From a virus (Duplodnaviria > Caudoviricetes): 64,000 bases of DNA. The notes below the pieces were generated by a model. The model was given only the letters and a program-made list of their open reading frames with translations. It was not told the DNA's origin and ran no database searches. The translations under genes and the position numbers were made by a program. Numbering within the stretch: position 1 is the stretch's first letter; each line of letters starts with the position of its first letter. Of this stretch, positions 24,236-34,037 are shown piece after piece. The stretch lies in the IMG/VR virus record IMGVR_UViG_3300025450_001231; one strand, given 5' to 3'.

Positions 24236-26917
24236 ATGGCAGTTTTATGGAATACCCCAGCCGGGCTAATAGATACACTAAGTGATTTAACGACATACCG
24301 TTACACACTTAGTGCTGTCGACACCTTTGGCGGCCCGATGGAATACACATTAATTGCCGGAAGTCTTCCTGATGGAATGAGTTTTGCTGATGGCGGACTT
24401 GTTGTATTATACGGAAATGTAAATGCAGTTATTGGTACTAGTACCAGCACCTTTGTAATCAGAGCAACTTCAAATGCTGGAGTGATTGCAGATAGAACAT
24501 TTAGTTTTATTGTTAATGGTGCAGGTGAACCTAGTATACTGCCAGATACCAGTCAATTGGGCGTGTTTGATAGTACAACTTTTGCAAACATACAAATAGA
24601 ATTAAAAAACATCAATAGTACTACTCCCACAGAGTACACACTGGTCAACGGTGAGTTGCCTAGGCAACTCACATTAAGCAACACTGGTACTATTAGCGGT
24701 TACATTACTCCAGGCTATTCAGACAATTACGATTTTACAGTACAGGCCAAAAACGGCAATGTCACTGTGTTGAAATTATATTCAATTGCAACACTAGATG
24801 CAGCTCAACCTACTGCAAATTTAACCGCAGATGGAACTTCACTCCCAGATCCGTTTAGTGTTAATCTAACGTCAGACCTAGGTTCGGTAGTTGGTTATCC
24901 TTTTTCTTTTACTGCAGACGAAACACAATTAATATATCCTACATATTCTCCTATTTTATATACGCCCAGTGGTAGCATAGGAACTGCGATACAGGATACA
25001 AATTTTGCATTCCAATTGGATGCACACGATTATAACGGCAAAGAATTAACCTACGAACTAGTAAGCGGATACTTGCCACCAGGCTTTAGGTTGAATTCAA
25101 CAAATGGCTGGATCACTGGATTTGTTCCCTTGGGCAGCATCACTGAGTTTTCCTACACTTTCACTGCCAAAGTATACGAAACATTATATCCCGTAAACCA
25201 AAGTGATACAAAGACCTATACCATCAATATTGCAGTCGATGTTAACAATCAAGTTATTTGGGATACTGCGGCCAATATCGGAGAAATTTGCAACGGATCT
25301 ATTAGTAATTTTTCAGTCTCCGCACACACAGTCAGCAATCGAACATTGACTTATAAACTAAAAACTCCTGGTGCTATGCCGTATGGGCTAGAGTTGTTGT
25401 CAGATGGCACCATATCAGGCCGTGTTAGCTTTAATATGGGAACACATTATTTAGGAAATACCAATGTGTCACTAAATGACACAATTGATAGTACTGTGAT
25501 AGATATTGATAGTACACTTATTACCGTCGACTCGACCGTTTATAGTAGTTCTTTCATTGCTACTACTGTGGGTGCAAAAACATTGTTTACATTTACTGTT
25601 AGTGCGACAGATGCTTATGGCTATGCCTACGGTGAAAAGACCTTTACAATTACTGTAGATAATTGCAACCCATCTCCATATGAAAATTTATATATTCAAC
25701 TATTGCCCAACAGAGATCAACGCAACTACTACGAAAATATCGTCAACAATACTGATTTAATTCCCTGGGAATATTTGTATAGACCTAATGATCCATGGTT
25801 TGGTCTTAATAAGTTAAGAAGAATATTATTTTTATCTGGTGTTAATGTCGAGCAAACAGTATCATACCTGCAACCAATGTCTTTTAATCATTATTGGAAA
25901 CAGTTGAATTTTGGTAAGGTCAAATCTGCAATAGCACAGGATGAAAATTTTAATACCATTTACGAAGTTGTATATATTGAAATATTAGAAGACAATGTAA
26001 ATAGCCAAGGCCTAGGGCCAGCAGCAAACATTGCACTAAACCCCAATACTATTGGAGTAAATTCAGCGTATCCAAATACGTTTGCTGATATGGCTAATAA
26101 TATATCTGGCAGATTTGGATTTGAATCTACCGACTCAACTCCTTTGTGGATGGTTAGCCAACAACCAGATGGTACTGTGTTGGGATTCACAAGAGCATTG
26201 GTATTGTGCTACTGTTTACCAGGCAAATCTGCAGAAATAGCCTACAGAATTAATCAAACAAATACCAAATTTAATCTAATAGATTTCAAAGTTGACAGAT
26301 ACGAATTAGACTCATTGTTATCACGTTACTATAATAAACAAAATAACGAATTTATAGCCAGCTACGACAGCGGCCAAGGAACTATAACCTGTAGTCACTT
26401 TGGTAATACTGTTTCTTATATTGCCACAGATATTATTGGTAACGGAACTATAAGCGGTACTAAAGGATCGCTAACAATTCACGGTACAAATTCAAACTTT
26501 GATAGTCAACTTAGAGTCGGCGCTAATTTATATGCCAACACCGCCGGAATTATTACTAGTATTAACCTAGGCACTATTGTTGAAATAACAAATGCCAATT
26601 TGTTAACAGTGATAAATCCGTTGCCTGTTACAATATCTAATCTAAATTATCATATCGAAAGCATACCTACTGCGTTTACCACAGATTTACACGTGGGAGA
26701 TGAGATACTGGTTAACAATCTTAGCGTGGGAATTGTAAAAACAATAACCAACGACAGTCAATTGGTTCTTGCTGACAATGCATCGTTTGATGTAACACAT
26801 CAACCATACACACATACCGCAAGGGATCCGTACAGCATACCCGAGCAAGGAGATAAATATCTTAAATTCCCCAATGTTAGAGTTATCTCCTCTAATTACA
26901 CAATCCCGGAGTATTAA
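24236..26917 (+). CDS. baseplate/tail structural protein with Ig-like repeats
   Basis: repeated Y.L..G.LP.G..L...G.ISG....Y.FT Ig-type units. Confidence 0.7.
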   Translation: MAVLWNTPAGLIDTLSDLTTYRYTLSAVDTFGGPMEYTLIAGSLPDGMSFADGGLVVLYGNVNAVIGTSTSTFVIRATSNAGVIADRTFSFIVNGAGEPSILPDTSQLGVFDSTTFANIQIELKNINSTTPTEYTLVNGELPRQLTLSNTGTISGYITPGYSDNYDFTVQAKNGNVTVLKLYSIATLDAAQPTANLTADGTSLPDPFSVNLTSDLGSVVGYPFSFTADETQLIYPTYSPILYTPSGSIGTAIQDTNFAFQLDAHDYNGKELTYELVSGYLPPGFRLNSTNGWITGFVPLGSITEFSYTFTAKVYETLYPVNQSDTKTYTINIAVDVNNQVIWDTAANIGEICNGSISNFSVSAHTVSNRTLTYKLKTPGAMPYGLELLSDGTISGRVSFNMGTHYLGNTNVSLNDTIDSTVIDIDSTLITVDSTVYSSSFIATTVGAKTLFTFTVSATDAYGYAYGEKTFTITVDNCNPSPYENLYIQLLPNRDQRNYYENIVNNTDLIPWEYLYRPNDPWFGLNKLRRILFLSGVNVEQTVSYLQPMSFNHYWKQLNFGKVKSAIAQDENFNTIYEVVYIEILEDNVNSQGLGPAANIALNPNTIGVNSAYPNTFADMANNISGRFGFESTDSTPLWMVSQQPDGTVLGFTRALVLCYCLPGKSAEIAYRINQTNTKFNLIDFKVDRYELDSLLSRYYNKQNNEFIASYDSGQGTITCSHFGNTVSYIATDIIGNGTISGTKGSLTIHGTNSNFDSQLRVGANLYANTAGIITSINLGTIVEITNANLLTVINPLPVTISNLNYHIESIPTAFTTDLHVGDEILVNNLSVGIVKTITNDSQLVLADNASFDVTHQPYTHTARDPYSIPEQGDKYLKFPNVRVISSNYTIPEY

Positions 26918-26922
26918 AATAA

Positions 26923-28068
26923 ATGCCTAGTCAAATTAATTACACAAGCATCGACGCTACTTTTCCTATAGCAGGGCAGAATAATTCCAGCCAAGGATTT
27001 CGTGATAACTTTGCTAATATTCGAACCAGTTTACTAACTGCTTATACAGAAATATCTAATCTACAAGCCAACTCTATTGTAATCGGCGGAACAAATGATT
27101 TAACTGGCACTAACATTAATAATGCTATTATCAACGGTGGAAGAGAACTTGAATATAATTTTGGTAGTGTGAGTGGAGCTCAAACTGTTGATTATAATAA
27201 CGGTACTTACCAAATTATCACTTTGGGCGGAAGCACTGTAGTAACAAACATTGTAAATTGGCCAGCAGCATCCGAAGGCACACGTGCCAAAATGATTATT
27301 GAAGTGGATGTACCAAACGTTGCCAGTACATTTACGTTCCCAGACACAGTAAATTTGAATATGGAAACCATTGCAGGTGCCAGTGGCCATACGGTAACTT
27401 TCCAAAACATCGGAGTATTTGCTTTCGAACTTAGCAGCAATGACGGTGGTGCCAATATGTCAATTTCTGATCTAAGCAGAAATCGAAATACTGTAGAAGA
27501 TAACCTTGGTGTATATGGCAATGTTACTGCACAAAACTTTATTGGTAATTTTGTCAGCAGTGGCAGTGACTTGATGTTGTCTGGCAACATTGATGCAACC
27601 AATGTAAACGCTACCGGAATTTACGGAAACATAATGTCGCCTATTCAAACCAGTATCACAACACTGGGTAGTTTGAATAGCCTAAGTGTTACCGGTGATG
27701 CTAATGTTGGTAATGTAACTGTAACCGGCATTACTGATATGTGCGGCGGTACTGCTTATGGAGTCCAATATGTTACTCCTGCAACAGGCACCAGTGTACA
27801 ATTATTATCAAATGTAGGCGTTAGTATTATTAATCCAACCGGCACAATTGCTGCATTAACACTATTAATGCCAGCAACTCCAATGAATGGCCAAAGCATC
27901 GACGTTACTTTTGGTAATGCAGTTACATCTTTGGGATTGACCCCAGCACCTGGATCCGGTCATACAGTGATTGGACAATCATCAAATGTAAGTATTTCCA
28001 GCGGTGCAGTGGGAAGTTGGATATTCTACAACAATACTTGGTACATTTTACACGCATTACAGGCGTAA
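26923..28068 (+). CDS. tail/baseplate-associated beta-rich protein
   Basis: IDATFPIAGQNNSSQGFRDNF start, Gly/Asn/Thr-rich, in structural cluster. Confidence 0.6.
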   Translation: MPSQINYTSIDATFPIAGQNNSSQGFRDNFANIRTSLLTAYTEISNLQANSIVIGGTNDLTGTNINNAIINGGRELEYNFGSVSGAQTVDYNNGTYQIITLGGSTVVTNIVNWPAASEGTRAKMIIEVDVPNVASTFTFPDTVNLNMETIAGASGHTVTFQNIGVFAFELSSNDGGANMSISDLSRNRNTVEDNLGVYGNVTAQNFIGNFVSSGSDLMLSGNIDATNVNATGIYGNIMSPIQTSITTLGSLNSLSVTGDANVGNVTVTGITDMCGGTAYGVQYVTPATGTSVQLLSNVGVSIINPTGTIAALTLLMPATPMNGQSIDVTFGNAVTSLGLTPAPGSGHTVIGQSSNVSISSGAVGSWIFYNNTWYILHALQA

Positions 28069-28073
28069 AATCA

Positions 28074-28102
28074 TTGACTTTATTTTATTAATAGTTTATA
28101 AT
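28074..28102 (+). promoter_or_regulatory. sigma70 promoter
   Basis: TTGACT-17-TATAAT. Confidence 0.75.
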
Positions 28103-28146
28103 AGCTTGTAAATCGAGTAAATAAATTATATATTTTGGAGAACAAG

Positions 28147-28557
28147 ATGAAACAAACACTATCATCTTTAATTTTACTGTCTTTGGGCGTAACAGCATTT
28201 TCCCAAACAGTTGATGTAGCAACTGTGGTTAATGTTCAACCAAGATACGTTACTGTTAGACAACAACAATGCCAACAACAAGAAGTTGTGCGTGATAATA
28301 GTCGTGCAGACGGTACCATTGGTGCATTGGCTGGTGCAGCCATTGGCAGTACTATAGGCGGAAACAATCGAGATAGATTGGCAGGCGGAGTAGTTGGGGC
28401 ATTGGTAGGCGGAGCCATTGGCAATGATGTTGGCCGAGACAATGCTCAAGCAGAAGTCCGTAATGTATGTAGATTCGTACCAGTTACGGTACAACAAGGC
28501 AGCGTGGTGACCTTTAACTACCACGGACAGATGTTTACCCAATCATTCCAACAATAA
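28147..28557 (+). CDS. glycine-zipper 2TM exported protein
   Basis: signal peptide; GALAGAAIGSTIGG...GGVVGALVGGAIG. Confidence 0.8.
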   Translation: MKQTLSSLILLSLGVTAFSQTVDVATVVNVQPRYVTVRQQQCQQQEVVRDNSRADGTIGALAGAAIGSTIGGNNRDRLAGGVVGALVGGAIGNDVGRDNAQAEVRNVCRFVPVTVQQGSVVTFNYHGQMFTQSFQQ

Positions 28558-28567
28558 GGAGAATGTA

Positions 28568-28891
28568 ATGAAAAAAGTTTTAATTGCAAGTTTATTAGCA
28601 TTAGGATTAGCAGTAACTGCCAGTGCCCATGGGCCATATCGTGCATTTGGTTGGCACGGTGGTTACTATCACGGCGGCTATGGCTGCGGTGGATGCTGGG
28701 TTGCTCCTGCACTAATCGGCGGTGTAGTCGGTTACGAACTAGCTCGTCCTGCTCCTGTGATCGTTGAGCAGCCTAGTGTTATTGTACAGGAACCACAAAC
28801 AGTTGTACAAGCACCTCCTGCTGGTTACCACTGGCAAGCAATGATCGACCCACAAACTAATACTCAAAAGATTGTATTAGTACCAAATTAA
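28568..28891 (+). CDS. exported Gly/Pro/Val-rich protein
   Basis: signal peptide; WVAPALIGGVVGY; PVIVEQP repeats. Confidence 0.7.
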   Translation: MKKVLIASLLALGLAVTASAHGPYRAFGWHGGYYHGGYGCGGCWVAPALIGGVVGYELARPAPVIVEQPSVIVQEPQTVVQAPPAGYHWQAMIDPQTNTQKIVLVPN

Positions 28892-28892
28892 T

Positions 28893-29129
28893 ATGCACCC
28901 ACTAACTGAAGATCTATCAAGTCTCAAAGACGAAGAACTGAACAAAAAGATCAGTGATTTGTCATTGAGACTGAATCAAGCCTATAGGTTTGGCAACTAC
29001 GCATTAACCAGTCAAGTACAAATGGTACTGGAAGACTACCAATTGGAACAACAACGTCGATATCAAAAGAGTATGGACGAAATTTTAAGCAAGAGCAACA
29101 AGTTCTCAGGTATAATTGATATTCAATGA
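28893..29129 (+). CDS. helical hypothetical protein
   Basis: 78 aa, coupled to downstream dnaE-like fragment. Confidence 0.6.
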   Translation: MHPLTEDLSSLKDEELNKKISDLSLRLNQAYRFGNYALTSQVQMVLEDYQLEQQRRYQKSMDEILSKSNKFSGIIDIQ

Positions 29130-29644
29130 AGTATGATCAGTTTGGTCAGTCTTATACAACAACAGAAGAACTTTGTGAATTAATTTACAAAGATCCTACA
29201 TTAGATTTGACTAATTTTTTAGTCGAAGATTGGGATCGATTCAACACCAGTGTAAAACTCACTTACAGTGATATACCAAGTGTAAAAGAATATCACCCAC
29301 TGCCACCAGAAACTGATATCGGTGCGTTTCATCGAATGCAACAAAGTTGTTGGCATATGCCCAAAGAGTACATAGATTTAGATATTGCAGCCTATATACT
29401 AGGCTTATGCAAGTCTGAAGCAGAACTACAAAGGGCAGGAGAAGAATTACTACTATTTCAAGAACGAGACTTGTTTAATTTGTTGCGTTATATGAAATAT
29501 TTGGTAGACACACTTCGGACAAATAAAATCGTGTGGGGTGTCGGAAGAGGTAGCTCTGTAGCTAGTTATGTGTTATACTTGCTGGGAGTTCATAAAATCG
29601 ATAGTCTATATTACGACATAGACATTTCAGAATTTTTGAAATAA
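29126..29644 (+). CDS. stand-alone fragment of DNA polymerase III alpha (DnaE-like)
   Basis: WGVGRGSSVASYVLYLLGVHKID matches DnaE GRGS motif; ends before catalytic PDxDxD. Confidence 0.75.
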   Translation: MKYDQFGQSYTTTEELCELIYKDPTLDLTNFLVEDWDRFNTSVKLTYSDIPSVKEYHPLPPETDIGAFHRMQQSCWHMPKEYIDLDIAAYILGLCKSEAELQRAGEELLLFQERDLFNLLRYMKYLVDTLRTNKIVWGVGRGSSVASYVLYLLGVHKIDSLYYDIDISEFLK

Positions 29645-29654
29645 GGAAAATAAA

Positions 29655-29882
29655 ATGGGAAAAAACGTATATAAGTCTGCACAAGGCAAAATAGTAGATA
29701 TGGATAAGTTAAGACTTATTCATGAAAATGAAATTGCAGTGGGCAATATGAAAGTAAATGCCAGAGGTGATCAAATAGGAACTAACGGTAAAGTTGTTAA
29801 AAGTCGGAATGAAGTAGTTAAAGATCATTACAACAGAACCGAAGGCTTAATTCCCAGTACTACTAACAGAAAGCAAAAATAA
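29655..29882 (+). CDS. conserved hypothetical protein
   Basis: AVGNMKVNARGD motif; AAGGA SD. Confidence 0.65.
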   Translation: MGKNVYKSAQGKIVDMDKLRLIHENEIAVGNMKVNARGDQIGTNGKVVKSRNEVVKDHYNRTEGLIPSTTNRKQK

Positions 29883-30271
29883 TGGCACTTCCATATACCA
29901 ATAAAATCAAAGGATTAATCCCATTAAAGGATTATATTTTAGTCACTGATATGAGTTTCGACCAACGCACACTTAGCAGTGGTATTATTATGTTAGGCGA
30001 TGATAAAAAGACTGACGGCATTCGTCCCCGTTGGGCCAAAGTATATGCAGTTGGTCCTGAACAAACTGATGTTGTTGTAGGACAATATGTATTGGTAGAG
30101 CACGGTCGTTGGACACGTGGCAGCAGTATCGAAGTTGACGGTGAGCAGTTGACTATTCGTAGAATTGACGGCAATGCCATTATGCTGGTCAGTGATGAAG
30201 CTCCGCCCGCAGACGATAACATCAGCACTGCCGTTGACGCTCAACAGTTAACTAGAACGCAATATGACTAA
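29882..30271 (+). CDS. groES: GroES/gp31-like co-chaperonin
   Basis: PLKDYILV, TLSSGIIM, VYAVGP..VVVGQ.V. Confidence 0.8.
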   Translation: MALPYTNKIKGLIPLKDYILVTDMSFDQRTLSSGIIMLGDDKKTDGIRPRWAKVYAVGPEQTDVVVGQYVLVEHGRWTRGSSIEVDGEQLTIRRIDGNAIMLVSDEAPPADDNISTAVDAQQLTRTQYD

Positions 30272-30431
30272 TCTTAAGGCTACAGTAACTCTCGAAGAAG
30301 ATCCCGATACCGGTGATTTAATTATGCCCATACCCGATGATATTTGGAATGAAACTGGGTGGCAAATTGGTGATACAGTAGAATGGATTGATAATCACGA
30401 CGGTACTTGGTCTCTAAAGAAAAAGGAATAA
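30264..30431 (+). CDS. AbrB/MazE-like small protein (55 aa, not in ORF track)
   Basis: GDLIMPIPDDIWNETGWQIGDTVEW. Confidence 0.7.
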   Translation: MTNLKATVTLEEDPDTGDLIMPIPDDIWNETGWQIGDTVEWIDNHDGTWSLKKKE

Positions 30432-30433
30432 GC

Positions 30434-30679
30434 GTGGGATTCAAAAAAGATTGGGATCTAAACTCTATTAAGCATCAAATTTGGCTGATGCGTGCAGAAA
30501 TGAATAGTGGATACAACGACGGGTGGACTGCTTGGAGTATAAAACAAGAAATGTATCAACTCAAATGGTTACTTGACGAATCCTTGGTATCTTCCGGTGA
30601 GTTTCATGGAGAAGAAGCTTGGCTCAAAGAGCAGGAACAAAATCGTTTGGTAAAAATATTAAAAAATGAGCGACTCTAA
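30434..30679 (+). CDS. hypothetical protein (start uncertain)
   Basis: GTG 30434 follows AAGGA; helical acidic protein. Confidence 0.55.
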   Translation: MGFKKDWDLNSIKHQIWLMRAEMNSGYNDGWTAWSIKQEMYQLKWLLDESLVSSGEFHGEEAWLKEQEQNRLVKILKNERL

Positions 30680-30911
30680 AAAAACTTTTGATGATAATTT
30701 CCAAGAAATTTTTAGAAGAACTGCTGACAAAATTACCTGCGGATGTTATAATTGCATGAGCAAAATAAAAGATGAATGGAATATACCCCTAACATCTTAT
30801 ACTTTTATTGTCTGTCCAGATTGTGGTAATAAACGATGCCCAAAAGCAACTGATCATAATCTAGCCTGTACAAATAGCAATGAGTTAGATCAACCAGGAA
30901 GTAGATATTAA
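30666..30911 (+). CDS. Cys-rich hypothetical protein
   Basis: CGCYNC...CPDCGNKRCPKATDH. Confidence 0.65.
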   Translation: MSDSKKTFDDNFQEIFRRTADKITCGCYNCMSKIKDEWNIPLTSYTFIVCPDCGNKRCPKATDHNLACTNSNELDQPGSRY

Positions 30912-30912
30912 T

Positions 30913-31080
30913 ATGGAAATTCAACCCAAAGATACAAGTCAAGGACATTTTTATGTTAGCCTTGTAAAGAGTGCATTACGTATTGCCGCAGGATCTGCTC
31001 TTATTATAGGTATGATTGACGTAGGTGGCGGATTGTTTATTGTTGCCGAACTATTAGGCATTTTAGAGGAGATTGTATAA
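30913..31080 (+). CDS. small membrane protein (55 aa, not in ORF track)
   Basis: HFYVSLVKSALRIAAG...AELLGILEEIV. Confidence 0.65.
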   Translation: MEIQPKDTSQGHFYVSLVKSALRIAAGSALIIGMIDVGGGLFIVAELLGILEEIV

Positions 31081-31310
31081 TGCCAACAATTTATCAAGAA
31101 GTAGAAGTTGAAGTTGAATTAAATGATTTCGACACTGATGATTTGCTCGAAGAGCTACAACGGCGTGGCAAGTTGATCGGCAACGGGTGGGGCGATCCTA
31201 CCGACAACGAAAGATTAATTAATGCTATTTTTCACAAGCGTAGAGACGGACAAGATTTTACAAAAGAACTAGACGATTTAATTTACAACACCATTGGGAG
31301 ATTTGTGTGA
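31080..31310 (+). CDS. hypothetical protein
   Basis: DLNDFDTDDLLEEL-type acidic motif. Confidence 0.6.
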   Translation: MPTIYQEVEVEVELNDFDTDDLLEELQRRGKLIGNGWGDPTDNERLINAIFHKRRDGQDFTKELDDLIYNTIGRFV

Positions 31311-31777
31311 TATTTAATAAAGTAAAAGAACTAAGAGAAAAAGGATTAAAGATCGGAATTACATTTAGTACTTTCGATTTGCTACACGCCGGACATATCG
31401 CTATGTTGTCCGAAGCTAAAAATCACTGTGATTATTTGATTGCTGGTCTACAAACAGATCCTACCATCGACAGACCCGACAGTAAAAATAAACCAATCCA
31501 AAGCATTGTTGAACGACAAATTAGCCTTAGTGCTTGCCGTTATGTAGACGAAGTAGTTGTTTATCAAACTGAACAAGATCTAATAGACCTCTTGCTAATT
31601 CTTCCACTTAATGTTAGAATACTAGGTGTAGAGTATGAAGGCAAACAATTTACCGGAGACGAAGCCTGTTGGAAGCGTGGTATTGAATTGGTTTTTAATG
31701 GACGCGACCATAGTTTCAGTAGCAGTAGTTTGCGTAAACGTGTTGCAGATGCAGAAAACAGTAAAGGCAAAAAATGA
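31307..31777 (+). CDS. cytidylyltransferase (TagD/glycerol-3-phosphate CT-like)
   Basis: TFDLLHAGH HIGH motif, ACRYVDEV, RDH..SSS.LR. Confidence 0.9.
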   Translation: MIFNKVKELREKGLKIGITFSTFDLLHAGHIAMLSEAKNHCDYLIAGLQTDPTIDRPDSKNKPIQSIVERQISLSACRYVDEVVVYQTEQDLIDLLLILPLNVRILGVEYEGKQFTGDEACWKRGIELVFNGRDHSFSSSSLRKRVADAENSKGKK

Positions 31778-32697
31778 AAGAGTTATGGACAGAAACCTAC
31801 AGACCCACTGACATAAATGGATATGTATTCACTGATGTCAGCGTTAAGGAACAAGTAGAAGCGTGGATTACCGAAGGCAGTATTCCGCACTTATTACTAC
31901 ACGGACCTGCAGGTACTGGAAAAACAACTTTGGCTAAAATATTAATCAATCAGCTAAACATAGATCCTTATGATATACTACAGGTCAATGCCAGTCGAGA
32001 CAATGGTGTAGATTTTCTTAAAACTAAAATTGAAGGTTTTGTTAGTACATTACCATTCGGACATCTTAAAATTGTACTGTTGGATGAAGCAGACTATTTG
32101 AGTCACAATGCACAAGGTCTGTTACGTGGGCTTATGGAAACATATCAAAGCCAAGCAAGATTTATCTTAACTTGTAATTTGATACACAAAATTATTCCGC
32201 CACTGAGAAGTCGTTCTGCAGAAATACATATTAATAAAACTGATATAACTGAATTTACTGCCAGAGCTGCTACCATATTGGTAACTGAAGGTGTTGAGTT
32301 TGATTTGGATACTTTGGACAGTTATGTCAAAGCAACTTATCCAGATCTTCGCAAGTGTTTGAATTTGCTACAACCAAACAGCTCTTCAGGCAAACTTATA
32401 TCTCCCAAAGAGTCAGACTCTGGCACACAAGATTATAAACTTGCTATGGTAGACCTGTTTAAGCAACGTAAAATCAAAGAAGCAAGAGCATTGTTATGCA
32501 GTCAAGCTCGTCCAGAAGAAATGGAAGACATCTTCCGTTGGATGTACGACAATCTAGATCTTTGGAGTGCCACTGATCAAGGACAAGATGAAGCCATCGT
32601 TATTATTCGTCGAGGTTTAGCTAATCATACCTTGGTCGGAGATCACGAAATAAATTTAAGCGCAACCATTACAGAATTGGCCCGAATTGAGCAATAA
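31774..32697 (+). CDS. clamp loader subunit (gp44/RFC-like AAA+ ATPase)
   Basis: W.E.YRP, GPAGTGKTT, NAS, LLDEAD, LRSR. Confidence 0.92.
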   Translation: MKELWTETYRPTDINGYVFTDVSVKEQVEAWITEGSIPHLLLHGPAGTGKTTLAKILINQLNIDPYDILQVNASRDNGVDFLKTKIEGFVSTLPFGHLKIVLLDEADYLSHNAQGLLRGLMETYQSQARFILTCNLIHKIIPPLRSRSAEIHINKTDITEFTARAATILVTEGVEFDLDTLDSYVKATYPDLRKCLNLLQPNSSSGKLISPKESDSGTQDYKLAMVDLFKQRKIKEARALLCSQARPEEMEDIFRWMYDNLDLWSATDQGQDEAIVIIRRGLANHTLVGDHEINLSATITELARIEQ

Positions 32698-33043
32698 AGA
32701 CATACATTTGGTAGCTTTTTACCACCTTAAACCCAAGAACCCTAACAAGACTAAAGATGCAGGGTATATGACTAATCCCGACAATATTGCGATGGATGAG
32801 TCTATAAATATTACTAGAGGATTAAAAACTCGGGATCAACTGTCAGCAAGAGTGATACTGAATCTATCAAAAGAAACAGTAGTAAGAAATACTTTTAATG
32901 ATGGTAGAGACTACGCCAGTTTGTTAGCACACTATCAAGAAGGCTACCCGCAGTATATTAATCCATTGCTAGCACAACTATATCCGGAGGAAGTCAATGG
33001 CAACGTCAATGTATCTAACCAAGAAGAAGAAAAGAGCAGTTGA
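32687..33043 (+). CDS. hypothetical protein
   Basis: 118-aa ORF coupled to clamp loader. Confidence 0.6.
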   Translation: MSNKDIHLVAFYHLKPKNPNKTKDAGYMTNPDNIAMDESINITRGLKTRDQLSARVILNLSKETVVRNTFNDGRDYASLLAHYQEGYPQYINPLLAQLYPEEVNGNVNVSNQEEEKSS

Positions 33044-33236
33044 TCTTGATGCTCCTCCTCGTCCCACACTATTGGGACACGAGAAGGAAATGAAACATTG
33101 GCGAGAACAATTCGGAGAGTTGGCTGATAGAAATGTTCACCAAACCATCACTATCAAAGCATTGGAACGCAAAGTCAATAGACTAGAAGCACAGTTAGAT
33201 GCACTGAGCAGTTATATGAAAAGAAATCTTAGATGA
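32997..33236 (+). CDS. coiled-coil hypothetical protein
   Basis: AGGAAG SD; MYLTKKKK start; LERKVNRLE. Confidence 0.6.
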   Translation: MATSMYLTKKKKRAVDLDAPPRPTLLGHEKEMKHWREQFGELADRNVHQTITIKALERKVNRLEAQLDALSSYMKRNLR

Positions 33237-33424
33237 TGGATAACGATTATATAAAACAACGTATGGAAGCCATGATGGCTCCTATTGATAGTTGTATACA
33301 ACTCACCGACGACAGGCAAGATATGTTGATGTTGGCCTGTGCAATGATGCAACGTACTAGGGAAATCTTCGATAATGAAATCGGAGAAGAAGGTCGAAAA
33401 ATAATGTTCAAGGAATTAAGTTGA
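33233..33424 (+). CDS. hypothetical protein
   Basis: 63-aa helical ORF. Confidence 0.55.
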   Translation: MMDNDYIKQRMEAMMAPIDSCIQLTDDRQDMLMLACAMMQRTREIFDNEIGEEGRKIMFKELS

Positions 33425-34017
33425 AAGATTCAGTAATACTAGTAGATGCAGACGGCGTACTTTTGAATTGGGAATATGCATTTGCAATTTGGATGGAACA
33501 ACACGGATTCAATATAATTCCTGGCGGCGAGCTAAAATATGATATTGGAGATAGATACAATATCGACCACGAACAAAGTCGCACCTTAATCAAGATGTTT
33601 AATGAATCTGCGGCCATTGGATTTTTGCCACCATTGCGTGATTCAATGCATTATGTAAAAAAACTGCACGAAGAACACGGCTATGTATTCCATTGCATTA
33701 CTAGTCTGAGCACAGATCCTAATGCACAAAAACTTAGAGAAATGAATCTGCGAAAGTTGTTTGGTAAAACAGCGTTTGCTAAGATTATTTGTTTGAGTAC
33801 TGGAGCCGATAAGGATTATGCACTAGCCCCTTATAAAAACTCAGAGTGTTGGTGGATTGAAGATAAACCTGAGAATGCCGAAACTGGTCATAAATTAGGA
33901 TTGAATTCTATTCTCATTGAACACGGTCATAATATGTGGTATCAGCACGATGCTATTCCACTGGTTAAAAACTGGCGTGATGTTTACAACATCATTACAG
34001 GGAACAACCTAAATTGA
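33421..34017 (+). CDS. HAD-family 5'-nucleotidase/deoxynucleotidase
   Basis: DADGVL motif I; ITS; IEDKPEN motif IV. Confidence 0.85.
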   Translation: MKDSVILVDADGVLLNWEYAFAIWMEQHGFNIIPGGELKYDIGDRYNIDHEQSRTLIKMFNESAAIGFLPPLRDSMHYVKKLHEEHGYVFHCITSLSTDPNAQKLREMNLRKLFGKTAFAKIICLSTGADKDYALAPYKNSECWWIEDKPENAETGHKLGLNSILIEHGHNMWYQHDAIPLVKNWRDVYNIITGNNLN

Positions 34018-34037
34018 TCCCTGTAATTATTGCGCGA

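Noticed and set aside
29882-30271. A complete phage chaperonin system
   Set aside because: Only a GroES-like gene is visible; no GroEL in this window
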